Below, piece after piece: positions 9,131 to 18,781 of a DNA stretch of 64,000 bases. Position numbers and translations under genes: made by a program. Source of the DNA: Bacteroidales bacterium. GTDB lineage: Bacteria > Bacteroidota > Bacteroidia > Bacteroidales > Bacteroidaceae. The notes beneath the pieces are model-generated. The model was not told where the DNA came from. It searched no databases and worked only from the letters and a program-made list of their open reading frames with translations. The stretch's first letter is position 1, and every line of letters starts with the position of its first letter. The DNA lies in assembly GCA_004556745.1 (NCBI GenBank), contig SFFY01000002.1, positions 10,056 through 74,055 of the forward strand, in the 5' to 3' direction.

Positions 9131-9814
9131 ATGTTTCTGAAAAAGATTTTTACTCCTACAAATAACCTCCTGCCCGCCGACAGCGACACGCTGCTCGAAA
9201 TCGACAACGCGTGCCTGAGTTACGGGCAGCGCCACGTGCTGTGCCACCTGCACCGCACGGTGAAATCGGCTGATTTCATCGTGCTGACGGGTGCAAACGG
9301 CGGCGGAAAGACCACCCTGTTGCGACTCATGGCGGGACTGCTGCCGCCCACGGCGGGAAGCATACGCCGCCGCGAGGGACTGGCCGTGGGCTACCTGCCG
9401 CAATATCGCCACATCGACCGCCGCTTCCCCACCACGGTGCGCGAAACGGTGCTCTCGGGCTGCTTCGGCACGGGCTGCCTCGGCGGAAGCCTTACGGCGG
9501 CACATCGGAGCGAGACCGACCGACTGCTGCAAATCTTTCACCTGTCAGACCTCGCCTCACGCCCCATTGCCGAATTGAGCGGCGGGCAGTGGCAGCGCAC
9601 GCTCATAGCGCGCGCCTTGGCGGGCCAGTCGGACCTGCTCTTGCTCGACGAACCGGACACGCATCTCGACACGCTCATGAAAGCGCGGTTTATAGAAGAA
9701 CTGAAACAGCGGCGCGCCAACGCCGCCATCGTTATGGTGAGCCACGACGAGACCCTTCTCTCCGCTTTCGGCAACGTGCAGGAGTGGCACGTGGGCGAAG
9801 GGGCTGTGAGTTGA
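9131..9814 (+). CDS. Metal ABC transporter ATP-binding protein (ZnuC-like)
   Basis: Walker A GANGGGKT, GYLPQ, LSGGQWQR, LLLLDEP, VSHD. Confidence 0.9.
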   Translation: MFLKKIFTPTNNLLPADSDTLLEIDNACLSYGQRHVLCHLHRTVKSADFIVLTGANGGGKTTLLRLMAGLLPPTAGSIRRREGLAVGYLPQYRHIDRRFPTTVRETVLSGCFGTGCLGGSLTAAHRSETDRLLQIFHLSDLASRPIAELSGGQWQRTLIARALAGQSDLLLLDEPDTHLDTLMKARFIEELKQRRANAAIVMVSHDETLLSAFGNVQEWHVGEGAVS

Positions 9815-9899
9815 GCCGCATTCCGTTGCAACTATCACATAAGAACATTCCCGCTATCAAGGCAGCAAATCGAAATTTGCTGCCTTGATTTGTTTTCGC

Positions 9900-10110
9900 T
9901 CATATAAGACAAATCTTCCTTTTCCCTTGATATTTTTCATTATCCCATAATAATTTTTTGTTACAAAGTTTGTAACACGTATTACAAAGTTTGTAACATG
10001 TGTTAGCAAGTTTGTAACGGCCGTTACAAAGTTTGTAACAAACTTTTTCTTGGCAGATAGTGAAAAACATCAAGGTGAAAGGAAAAACTTTTAAGGAGAA
10101 AGAAAAAAAT
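9900..10110. repeat. 21-bp-period palindrome array element, copy 1
   Basis: Four units of GTTACAAAGTTTGTAAC at 9960, 9981, 10002, 10023, inside imperfect IR flanks (CTTGATATTTTTCATTATC / GATAGTGAAAAACATCAAG). Outer bounds approximate. Confidence 0.85.
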
Positions 10111-10148
10111 AGGTGCTGGATAGTGCCGCGTGTAACGGTAGCAAACGA

Positions 10149-10183
10149 ACGGGGCGACGCGAGCAAATGCCACGTCGCCCCGT
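10149..10183 (-). terminator. Hairpin downstream of the porin-family gene
   Basis: ACGGGGCGACG / CGTCGCCCCGT stem; weak U tract. Confidence 0.5.
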
Positions 10184-10221
10184 ATGGGATTTTTGTTAAT
10201 GCTAATTCAATGAGGGTTTTA

Positions 10222-10905
10222 TCAATCCTCGCCGCGCGAGAAACGGTAGGAAAGGGACACGAGGCCCGAGAGGTTGCGGCCGCCGCCCGAGGTGAAGGGC
10301 ACGAGGCCGAAGTCGGCCTCCACGCCGAGGGTGATGCCATTGGGGAACTGATAGCCCGCGAGGGCCTGTATGCCGGCATCGAAGCGCCGTGCGCCGGGGG
10401 CGGAGAAGGTGTTGCGGTCGTAGTAGAGTTTGCTGCCGCCCTGCTGCGTGCCGTCGCCCTTAGTCTTCTGCTTGCCCGCAACGCCGCAGGCAATATATGG
10501 GCCTAAACCGGCGACGATGTACTTGCCCTCGCCCATGCGAAAGTAGTAATTGAACACGAGGGGCAACTCGAAATAGCCTGCCGAGGTGGAGCGGCTCATG
10601 ATGCCCGTAAGGGGCTGCCCCGTCTCCTCGTTGAACCGCTGCTGCCCGTTGTCGTCGTAAATGAAGACGTGGCTATTGGGGTCTTTCCAGCCTTTGCCGT
10701 AAAATACGAGGGAGGTCGCGAACGTGAGTTTCTGGTTGAACTCGTATTCATAGCCCACGCCAATTTTGTACGCGCCGACGGCACGGGCATGCCCGTAGTG
10801 CGTTGCCAGTCCTCCGCCGACTTTCAGAAAGATGTTTTGTGCGGCGAGGGGCAGACTGAGGCACATGGCGAGCAGCATCAGGGTGCAAAGGAGGGTACGC
10901 TTCAT
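10222..10905 (-). CDS. Outer-membrane beta-barrel (porin family) protein
   Basis: Signal peptide, KGWK, YFELPL, GPYIACG, RFDAGI, C-terminal SLSYRF beta-signal. Confidence 0.85.
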   Translation of the reverse strand: MKRTLLCTLMLLAMCLSLPLAAQNIFLKVGGGLATHYGHARAVGAYKIGVGYEYEFNQKLTFATSLVFYGKGWKDPNSHVFIYDDNGQQRFNEETGQPLTGIMSRSTSAGYFELPLVFNYYFRMGEGKYIVAGLGPYIACGVAGKQKTKGDGTQQGGSKLYYDRNTFSAPGARRFDAGIQALAGYQFPNGITLGVEADFGLVPFTSGGGRNLSGLVSLSYRFSRGED

Positions 10906-10941
10906 GGGGAATTTATTATTGAGGGAGTTGGTGGGGTGAAT

Positions 10942-11316
10942 GAAACAAAAACAGTCAATACCGCTTGTCCTGTGTGGCCTGCGGCTCGCCTTAGAAGATT
11001 AAGCCCCAGCCTAAAAGTCTGCCGACTTTTGTCTGTTGCTTAATCTTCTAAGGCGGCGGTCGGTTCCCGCCCGCCCACACAGGACAAGCAAAAAACAGAA
11101 AAAAGTAAAGCATTTCGTCCTTACTATTTACAGTAAAAAGTAATCGTCCTCTTTTTTCTGTTTTTTGCTTGCGTCGTTTGAAGCGGGCGGAAACCGCCCG
11201 CAGCCGCAGAGATTAAAGGCAAGCGTGAGCCGATTAGGCTCACAGGCTTGGCGTTAAGCTCGGCGGCGTGCCCTCGGGCTTCAAACGATGCAAGCGGTTT
11301 TTACGGTTTTTGTCTC
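10942..11316. repeat. Bipartite structured intergenic element, copy 2
   Basis: Stems 10964-10977/11075-11088, 10988-11004/11038-11054, 11167-11184/11278-11295; perfect inner 21-bp IR 11085-11105/11151-11171. Confidence 0.85.
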
Positions 11317-11468
11317 AAATGTATGACTAATTCAATTTAATCGTAAGATATTTGTGGCAACATGGCCGCGCAGCACATTGCGAACGGGCGTTTTTAATAA
11401 GATAGGCTGCGGTTCGGCCATTAAGTAAACTTATTGCGCTCGCCTTGCACTATCTTTGCACAGCGCCC

Positions 11469-13289
11469 CTACTCAAAGAACTGCTTCCAATCGTCGCGGC
11501 TGTGGTGTTTGCGGTCGTTGGCAAACTCGGTTTCGATTTGCTCGCGGCGTGCCGCCTTCTTGCTTTTGCGCTTGGGGCGCTCGGTGTTGCGCGGCGCGAA
11601 GTCGCCCTCATCTTCGGGGTCGGCCCAGTCAACCACCACCTTGCGCTCGCCCACTTTCACGCGTTTCATCTTTTGCAGCACGCGCATGGCATCGGCTTCG
11701 GGCACTTCAAAGAACGAGCAGTTGGTCGTGAGGTCGATGCGCCCGATGTCCACCTTCGCGCCCTTGACGTGGCGGTTCACGAGGTTGATGATTTCACGGG
11801 CGTAGAAGTTGTCGCGCTTACCGAGGTTAATGAAGAGACGCTTGTAGCCCGCCTCAGCCTTGCGCGGCCCGCCCTGAGGCCCGCGTCGTTCGGCACGCTC
11901 GCCGCCGCGTTCGCGGCGCGGTTTTTCGTCACGGGTTTTGTCGTCGCGCTCGCGACGCTCCGAGGGCTGCATGATTTCGGGCGCGTCGGCGTAGTATTTG
12001 AGGAAATGGCCGAACTCGCGGCTCACGATGCGCTTCACAACGTCCTCCTTAGAGAGCCATTCCAGTTTGCGGAACACTTCGGGGAGGAAGGGCGCGATTT
12101 CCGTTTCGTCGACTTCGATGCGCTCTATTTCGTCGATCACGCGATAGAGTTGCTTGGTGCAGATTTCTTTCGGTTCGGGCAGAGTGGCGGCTTCAAATTT
12201 CTTTTGAATCACCTTTTCGATGATGCGCACCTTGCCTTTTTCGCGCAGGTGGATGATGCTGATGCTCGTGCCGCGTTTGCCGGCGCGTCCCGTGCGGCCG
12301 GAGCGGTGCGTGTAGTTTTCCACGTCGTCGGGCAAGCCGTAGTTGATCACGTGCGTGAGGTCTTCCACGTCGAGTCCGCGCGCCGCCACGTCGGTAGCCA
12401 CGAGGAGTTGCGTGCGGTGCTGGCGGAACTTCTGCATCGTGAGGTCGCGCTGCGCCTGCGAGAGGTCGCCGTGGAGGGCTTCGGCGTTGTAGCCGTCGCG
12501 GATCAGGAGGTCGGCGATTTCCTGCGTTTCCATGCGCGTGCGGCAAAATACGATGGCGTAGATGCGCGGGTAGTAGTCCACGATACGCTTGAGTGCCAAA
12601 TACTTGTCGCGGACATGGACGAGGTAGTAAATATGATTGACGTGCTCTGCACCCTCGTTGCGTGAGCCGACCACGATTTCCTTGTAATCTTTGAGGTAAC
12701 TCTTGGCGATGCGCTCGATTTCCTTGCCCATCGTGGCGGAGAAGAGCAGCGTGTTGCGCTCTGCGGGCACGCCGGCAAGAATGGCGTCGATGCTTTCAGA
12801 GAACCCCATGTTGAGCATCTCGTCGGCCTCGTCGAGTACCACGTTTTCAACGGCGTCGAGCCTTGCCACGCCGCGCTCCATGAGGTCGATGAGGCGGCCG
12901 GGCGTTGCCACGATGACCTGCACGCCGCGCTTGAGGGCGCGGATCTGCGAGTCGAATGATGCACCGCCGTAGACAGCCAGCACGTGCAGCCCTTCGATGT
13001 AGCGCGAATAGTCTTTCAGGTCCTCGCAGATTTGGAGGCACAGCTCGCGGGTAGGACTGAGAATCACGGCCTGCGTGCGCTTGTCTTCGGGATTTACTTT
13101 CTGCAAAACGGGCAGACCGTAGGCGGCGGTCTTGCCCGTGCCGGTTTGCGCCAGGGCTATGACATCGTTGCCTTCGCCAAGCAGATAGGGGATTACTTCT
13201 TCTTGCACGGGCATCGGGTGTTCATAGCCCATTTCAGTGATGGCGCGGAGCAAGTCTTCCGAGACGCCGAGTTCTTCAAATGTTTTCAA
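11469..13289 (-). CDS. DEAD-box RNA helicase with C-terminal DbpA-type RNA-binding domain (DeaD/CsdA-like)
   Basis: AQTGTGKT, PTREL, TPGR, DEAD, SAT, ARGLD, HRSGRTGRAG, RLFINLG; TTG start. Confidence 0.95.
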   Translation of the reverse strand: MKTFEELGVSEDLLRAITEMGYEHPMPVQEEVIPYLLGEGNDVIALAQTGTGKTAAYGLPVLQKVNPEDKRTQAVILSPTRELCLQICEDLKDYSRYIEGLHVLAVYGGASFDSQIRALKRGVQVIVATPGRLIDLMERGVARLDAVENVVLDEADEMLNMGFSESIDAILAGVPAERNTLLFSATMGKEIERIAKSYLKDYKEIVVGSRNEGAEHVNHIYYLVHVRDKYLALKRIVDYYPRIYAIVFCRTRMETQEIADLLIRDGYNAEALHGDLSQAQRDLTMQKFRQHRTQLLVATDVAARGLDVEDLTHVINYGLPDDVENYTHRSGRTGRAGKRGTSISIIHLREKGKVRIIEKVIQKKFEAATLPEPKEICTKQLYRVIDEIERIEVDETEIAPFLPEVFRKLEWLSKEDVVKRIVSREFGHFLKYYADAPEIMQPSERRERDDKTRDEKPRRERGGERAERRGPQGGPRKAEAGYKRLFINLGKRDNFYAREIINLVNRHVKGAKVDIGRIDLTTNCSFFEVPEADAMRVLQKMKRVKVGERKVVVDWADPEDEGDFAPRNTERPKRKSKKAARREQIETEFANDRKHHSRDDWKQFFE

Positions 13290-13359
13290 TGTGAGGAATT
13301 TTTGGAAAGGAATCCCTTTCCATCATAATTAAATAAGTAAAAATCGTCTTTTTGCCCTG

Positions 13360-13473
13360 CAAAGTTAGGAAAAGTTTGGGCGATTTTCGGGCGTTAAGCC
13401 GCTTATCTTATAAGGAAATGCAAAAAAAAACGCCGCCGCGCACCCCGCGCTTGCAATTTTATCCATAATTTTG
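13360..13473. promoter_or_regulatory. Divergent promoters: -7 elements TAACTTTG (minus, 13360-13367) and TAATTTTG (plus, 13466-13473)
   Basis: Exact TAnnTTTG matches, each pointing at the adjacent gene. Confidence 0.6.
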
Positions 13474-13536
13474 CAAGTTAGTGTGCATCTTGCTCCGCAG
13501 CAAGGCATGATTTCCGCAACAGCTTTATTCAAAATA

Positions 13537-16500
13537 ATGAAGAAATTTCAACTTGTAAACAACCTTACCGGCTGGCTCGCCTTCCTCGTGGCTGCCTTTA
13601 CGTATTGCAGCACCGTTGAGCCTACCGCAAGTTTTTGGGACTGTCCCGAGTTCATCACCACGGCCTTCAAGCTCGAAGTGGGGCATCCCCCCGGAGCACC
13701 TTTCTTCATGCTGACGGGCAACCTGTTCTCGCAATTCACCGACGACCCCGCCAAGGTGGCCTACTGCGTGAACATCATGTCGGCGCTGCTCTCGGCCATG
13801 TGTATTCTCTTCCTCTTCTGGAGCATCACGCACCTCGCGCGCAAACTCATCTGCACCGACGGCATCGTCGCCACCTGGACGCAGACAATCTTAATAATGG
13901 CGTGCGGCCTGACCGGCGCGCTGGCTTACACGTGGAGCGACACGTTCTGGTTCTCGGCCGTCGAGGGCGAAGTTTATGCCTACTCCTCGATGTTCACCGC
14001 CTTGGTGTTCTGGCTGATTTTGAAATGGGAGGACCACGCCGATGAGCCCCACTCCGACCGCTGGCTCGTGCTTATTTTCTACCTCACGGGACTTAGCATC
14101 GGCGTGCACCTGCTCAACCTGCTCTGCCTGCCCGCCATCGCCTTGGTATATTATTATAAAAAATCGCCCCAAGCCGGCCTGCGCGGCTCGCTCATCGCGC
14201 TCGGCGTGTCGATGGTGCTCGTGGCCGCCGTGCTCTACGGCGTGGTGCCCGGCATCGTGAAGGTGGGCGGTTGGTTTGAATTGTTCTTCGTGAACACCCT
14301 CGGTCTGCCGTTCAACACGGGCATGGTGGTCTATCTGCTCGTACTGATCGGCGTGGTGCTCACCGCTATTTGGAGCACCACGAAGAAAGACCGCAAACGC
14401 TCCGTCGTGCTCTACACGCTCTCCGTCGCCCTGCTCGGCATACCGTTCTACGGCCACGGCGGCAGCGCAATTGCCATCGGCGTCGTTGTGCTCGGCGCAC
14501 TCGTGTTTGTGCTGAATATGAAGGACAAGGAGGGCAACTACCTGCTGCGCAAGCGTTTCCTCAACACCTCGCTGCTCTGCATGCTGATGCTGATGATAGG
14601 CTACTCCTCGTATGCCGTCATCGTGATCCGCTCCACACAGAACACGCCGATGGACCAAAACTCGCCCGAAGACATCTTCACGCTCGGCACCTACCTCGGC
14701 CGTGAGCAATACGGCAGCCGCCCACTCTTTATGGGCGAAGCCTACAACTCGCAGGAACAGGCCTTGGCAGCCGATGCCATAGGCTACGAGAAAGGCGAGC
14801 GCATTCAGCGCAAGGAAAAGGCTTCTGCCGACGAAAAAGACAGTTACGAGACGGTATCGGAAACCACAGGGCTTACCTATCCCAGTGCCTTGACGATGCT
14901 CTTCCCGCGCATCTATTCCGCCAGCCACGCGCAAGCCTACGACGACTGGTTGGGCGGCGTGCCGATGAAGCAGGTGACGTTCCGCACCGCCGACGGCTAC
15001 GACTATCCGGGCGAAATACCCACACAGGGCGCCAACCTGCGCTTCTTCCTGTCGTATCAGGTGAACTTCATGTACTGGCGCTACTTCATGTGGAACTTTG
15101 CCGGCAGACAGAACGACATTCAGGGCAACGGCGAACTCGAGCACGGCAACTGGATAACGGGCATACCGTTTATCGACAATGCCATGTACGGCGACCAGAG
15201 CCTGCTGCCCGACGTGCTTAAAGAAAACAAGGGACACAACGTATTCTACTGCCTCCCGCTGCTGCTCGGCCTGCTCGGCCTCTTCTGGCAAGCCTACAAA
15301 GGCGAGCGCGGCATCAGGCAATTCTGGGTGGTGTTCTTCCTCTTCTTCATGACGGGCTTGGCCATCGTGCTCTACCTTAACCAAACGCCGCAGCAGCCGC
15401 GCGAACGCGACTATGCCTACGCCGGCTCGTTCTATGCCTTCGCCATTTGGATCGGCCTCGGCGTTGCAGCCATCGCCGACTGGCTGGGCAGCCTGCTGAA
15501 AAAGCAACCCGTGGCAGTCGCCGTGGCTTCCGTCATCGGCATTCTCGTGCCGCTGCAGATGGTAAGCCAAACGTGGGACGACCACGACCGCTCCGACCGC
15601 TACGCCTGCCGCGACTTCGGGCTCAACTACCTGAACACGCTGCCCGACGACGGCAAGCCCATCATCTTTACCAACGGCGACAACGACACCTTCCCCCTCT
15701 GGTACAATCAGGAAACGGAAGGCAACCGCACAGACGCCCGCGTGTGCAACCTCTCGTACCTGCAAACCGACTGGTACACCGACCAAATGCTACGTCCCGC
15801 CTACGACTCGCCCGCGCTGCCCATCACGTGGCCGAGGCTCTGCTACGTAGACAACGGCAAGCACACGTTCTATCCCATCCGTCCCGAGGATAAAAACATT
15901 CTCGAAGAAATCAAGAAAAAAGACCCGACGGTCGACCCCTACGAACTCAGTTACGTGCTCGACCACTTCGTGGCGCGTCCCGAGGGCGGCTATTTCCCCA
16001 CCGACAGCCTTGTGCTTACCGTGGACAAAGAGGCGGTGCGCCGCTCGGGCATGATGATCCCCGGCGACTCTATCCCCGACAAGATGCAGATTTCCCTCAA
16101 AAAGGCCTACGAAAGGCAGCGCGGACTGTATCGCGTGGACATCATGATTTACGAAATGCTCGCCCGCACCAACTGGAAGCGCCCGATGTATATGAGCGTC
16201 ACGCTCGGCCCGAGCAACTACGCCGGCCTCGAGAACTTCCTCGTGCTCGAAGGCCTTGCCTACCGCATCACGCCGTTCAACTTCGGCACGATGCGCACCG
16301 TAGATGCCGACAAGATGTACAGCAACATGATGAACCGCTTCGCCTTCGGCAACGTCAAGGCTAAGGGCATCTACCTCGACGAGACCGTGATGCGTATGTG
16401 CCAGACGCACCGCCGGATGCTCTGCCTCCTTGCCAAGTCGCTGCTCGACAAGGGCGAGACCGAGAAGGCGCGCAACGTGCTGCGCAAATGCAAGGAGGAA

Positions 16501-16848
16501 CTGCCTGCAGAAAATATCCCCTACGAATACGACGATGAAGACATTGCCTATCTGTGGTATCAAGTGGGAGAGAAGAAGGAAGCAGAGCGCGTGTGCAAGG
16601 AGGTGCTGAAATACGATTTCCAATATTTCGCTTACCTCAACTCGCTTTCGCCCGAACGGCAGCGCACTTACGTACGCACCGCCTACTATCTGTTCCGAGG
16701 CCTTATAAGCAACCTGCAAGTGCTCAATATGGCAGAGTCGAAAGACATGAAGCACTACGAAGCCGAATATCAGAAACTGATCGACACGCCGGTGGGCACC
16801 TCGGCGGCAAATCTCTATATGGAGCAGATGCAAGACTACGGCGAATAA
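13537..16848 (+). CDS. DUF2723 / TMEM260-like multi-pass membrane glycosyltransferase
   Basis: EPTASFWDCPEFI, EVGHPPGAP, FWFSAVEGEVY, QPRERDYAY, FTNGDNDTFPLWY; start moved to ATG 13537. Confidence 0.9.
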   Translation: MKKFQLVNNLTGWLAFLVAAFTYCSTVEPTASFWDCPEFITTAFKLEVGHPPGAPFFMLTGNLFSQFTDDPAKVAYCVNIMSALLSAMCILFLFWSITHLARKLICTDGIVATWTQTILIMACGLTGALAYTWSDTFWFSAVEGEVYAYSSMFTALVFWLILKWEDHADEPHSDRWLVLIFYLTGLSIGVHLLNLLCLPAIALVYYYKKSPQAGLRGSLIALGVSMVLVAAVLYGVVPGIVKVGGWFELFFVNTLGLPFNTGMVVYLLVLIGVVLTAIWSTTKKDRKRSVVLYTLSVALLGIPFYGHGGSAIAIGVVVLGALVFVLNMKDKEGNYLLRKRFLNTSLLCMLMLMIGYSSYAVIVIRSTQNTPMDQNSPEDIFTLGTYLGREQYGSRPLFMGEAYNSQEQALAADAIGYEKGERIQRKEKASADEKDSYETVSETTGLTYPSALTMLFPRIYSASHAQAYDDWLGGVPMKQVTFRTADGYDYPGEIPTQGANLRFFLSYQVNFMYWRYFMWNFAGRQNDIQGNGELEHGNWITGIPFIDNAMYGDQSLLPDVLKENKGHNVFYCLPLLLGLLGLFWQAYKGERGIRQFWVVFFLFFMTGLAIVLYLNQTPQQPRERDYAYAGSFYAFAIWIGLGVAAIADWLGSLLKKQPVAVAVASVIGILVPLQMVSQTWDDHDRSDRYACRDFGLNYLNTLPDDGKPIIFTNGDNDTFPLWYNQETEGNRTDARVCNLSYLQTDWYTDQMLRPAYDSPALPITWPRLCYVDNGKHTFYPIRPEDKNILEEIKKKDPTVDPYELSYVLDHFVARPEGGYFPTDSLVLTVDKEAVRRSGMMIPGDSIPDKMQISLKKAYERQRGLYRVDIMIYEMLARTNWKRPMYMSVTLGPSNYAGLENFLVLEGLAYRITPFNFGTMRTVDADKMYSNMMNRFAFGNVKAKGIYLDETVMRMCQTHRRMLCLLAKSLLDKGETEKARNVLRKCKEELPAENIPYEYDDEDIAYLWYQVGEKKEAERVCKEVLKYDFQYFAYLNSLSPERQRTYVRTAYYLFRGLISNLQVLNMAESKDMKHYEAEYQKLIDTPVGTSAANLYMEQMQDYGE

Positions 16849-16871
16849 CCAAGCAAGAAGAGAACGTAGAG

Positions 16872-17483
16872 ATGATCATCGAGCAGCCCGCCAAATTCCT
16901 CAGATGGCTCTATCCCCAAGCCCTTTGGCGCATGGATAGAAAGGAGCGCGCCGTATATCTCACCTTCGACGACGGCCCCATTCCCGAGGTAACGCCGTGG
17001 GTGCTCGATGTCCTTGACCACTACGGCATCAAGGCTACGTTCTTCATGGTGGGCGACAATGTGCGCAAGCACCCCGAGGAGTTCCGAATGGTGCGCGAGC
17101 GCGGCCACCGCATTGGCAACCACACGTACAACCACGTAGGAGGATTGCTGCACGGCATATCTTCCTACGTGAACAACGTGGAACTGGCCAACACCTATCT
17201 GCAAACCGACCTCTTCCGACCCCCGCACGGCTGGATGAAGTGGGGGCAATATATTCTTGTGAAAGAGAAATACCGCGTGGTGATGTGGGACCTCGTGACG
17301 CGCGACTATTCCAAGCACCTCAAGGGGCGCGACGTGCTGCTCAACGTGCGTCGCTACGCCCGCCCTGGCAGCATCATCACGTTCCACGACTCCGTGAAAA
17401 GCTACGAGAAGCTCACCTACGCCCTGCCCCGCGCCATCGAGTGGCTGCGCTCGCAAGGCTACGCTTTCAAGGTGTTCGAGTAA
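16872..17483 (+). CDS. Polysaccharide deacetylase (CE4/NodB family)
   Basis: YLTFDDGP, ATFF, GNHTYNH, LFRPPHG, IITFHDS; start moved to ATG 16872. Confidence 0.93.
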   Translation: MIIEQPAKFLRWLYPQALWRMDRKERAVYLTFDDGPIPEVTPWVLDVLDHYGIKATFFMVGDNVRKHPEEFRMVRERGHRIGNHTYNHVGGLLHGISSYVNNVELANTYLQTDLFRPPHGWMKWGQYILVKEKYRVVMWDLVTRDYSKHLKGRDVLLNVRRYARPGSIITFHDSVKSYEKLTYALPRAIEWLRSQGYAFKVFE

Positions 17484-17500
17484 AAGAAATATATTAATAA

Positions 17501-17546
17501 AACACGTTCAGCCCCTTGCTTCCTGCAGCGAGGGGCTGAATGTGTT
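17501..17546 (+). terminator. Intrinsic terminator
   Basis: TTCAGCCCCTTGCT / AGCGAGGGGCTGAA stem right after the stop codon. Confidence 0.7.
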
Positions 17547-17745
17547 TGGGAGATAATATAAGAAATTGGAGAATATTCCAAATTTAGAAAAAGCATCATA
17601 CCAATTTCTCTTTTCAGCACAAGAAACTTTGCAAAGTATGCAAAGAATATCCGAAAAGTTGGCATTTTTATCAGCAAAACCGCGTTTTTAGTCGGTTTTT
17701 TATAGGAAAGTCGTCTCTTTAACAAACTATTTGCCCTTTTTGTTA

Positions 17746-17753
17746 TAACTTTG
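17746..17753 (+). promoter_or_regulatory. -7 element (TAACTTTG) of the WYL regulator gene
   Basis: Exact TAnnTTTG 47 nt before ATG 17800. Confidence 0.6.
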
Positions 17754-17799
17754 CGTCTGTAAAGGATTGGTTTTTATTTTTTTTCTCTAACCACACACA

Positions 17800-18708
17800 A
17801 TGGAACTTGACAAATTTGACAGGCAGCTTCGGCTGCTGCTTATGCTGACCCAAAACCGCAACCTCACCGTGGACGACGTGAGTCGCCAGCTCTCAATGAG
17901 CCGCCGCTCCATCTATCGCTATATCGATTCGTTCAAGCAGATGGGGTTCATCGTGGTGAAAGAAGGGCCGCGCTACCACATCGACCCCGAGTCGCCCTTC
18001 TTCAAGCAAATCACCTCGCTCATTCATTTCACCGAAGACGAGGCGATGACCATCAATCAAGTACTTAATTCCGTCTACGACAATTCTCCGCAGGTGCGCC
18101 ATCTGCGCGAGAAGCTTTCCTCGCTTTACGACTATAAAGTGCTCTGCAAGCACGGCGTGGACGAACACATAGCGCAAAACCTCGCTGCCCTCTTCGACGC
18201 CGTCAAGACGGAGCGCATGGTGGTGCTGCGCGATTACGCCTCGCCCAACAGCGCACAAACTTCCGACCGCATCGTAGAACCCTATCTCTTTGTTTCGGAA
18301 AACAGTGAAGTGCGTTGCTATGAAATCAAGACCGGGCAGAACAAGACGTTCAAGCTGAGCCGCATACGCAAGGTTGAGCCGCTCGACCTGCTGTGGAGCC
18401 ACAAGAGCGAGCACGCTGAGTTCTTTACCGACCTCTTCCACTTCTCGGGCGAAGAGCGTTTCCCCGTGACCCTCATTTTGGGTCAGCTTTCTATGAGTCT
18501 GCTTGTAGAGGAATATCCCGGTGCTTCCGCAATGCTTAAAAAGCAGGACGACGGACGTTTCCTGCTAAAAACGGAAGTGTGCAGCTACAAAGGCATCGGA
18601 CGCTTCGTGATGGGGCTGATCGACGACATTGAAATAGTAGGCAGCCCCGATTTTGTGGAATATCTGCGCGGAAAGGCCGAAGATTTAACACAAAAAGTTG
18701 GCAAGTGA
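17800..18708 (+). CDS. HTH-WYL domain transcriptional regulator (YafY/PafBC/DriD-like architecture)
   Basis: N-terminal wHTH (VSRQLSMSRRSIYRYI), WYL-type RIVEPY ... KTFKLSRI, C-terminal WCX-like RFVMGLIDDIEIV. Confidence 0.85.
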   Translation: MELDKFDRQLRLLLMLTQNRNLTVDDVSRQLSMSRRSIYRYIDSFKQMGFIVVKEGPRYHIDPESPFFKQITSLIHFTEDEAMTINQVLNSVYDNSPQVRHLREKLSSLYDYKVLCKHGVDEHIAQNLAALFDAVKTERMVVLRDYASPNSAQTSDRIVEPYLFVSENSEVRCYEIKTGQNKTFKLSRIRKVEPLDLLWSHKSEHAEFFTDLFHFSGEERFPVTLILGQLSMSLLVEEYPGASAMLKKQDDGRFLLKTEVCSYKGIGRFVMGLIDDIEIVGSPDFVEYLRGKAEDLTQKVGK

Positions 18709-18739
18709 CATTCGCTGACACAAAATAGTTCTTACTTTG
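18705..18739 (+). promoter_or_regulatory. Candidate WYL operator GTGACA-N5-TGACAC plus non-canonical -7 element (TTACTTTG)
   Basis: Imperfect palindrome 18705-18721 sits where the -33 element should be for the -7-like site at 18732-18739. Confidence 0.45.
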
Positions 18740-18781
18740 CACCCGTAAACCTCAAACGAAAACCTTAAAACTTTTACGGAT

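Noticed and set aside
9960..10039. 21-bp arrays as mini-CRISPR
   Set aside because: Linkers are 4 nt and recur between copies; no unique spacers and no cas genes.
9900..10493. ORFs with CYKLCN / YSKLLN heptad repeats (9900..10493, 52460..52750)
   Set aside because: Translations of the DNA palindrome arrays; no credible start context and one overlaps the porin gene.
17800..18708. WYL gene as marker of a CRISPR, BREX or CBASS locus
   Set aside because: No defence genes in the neighbourhood.
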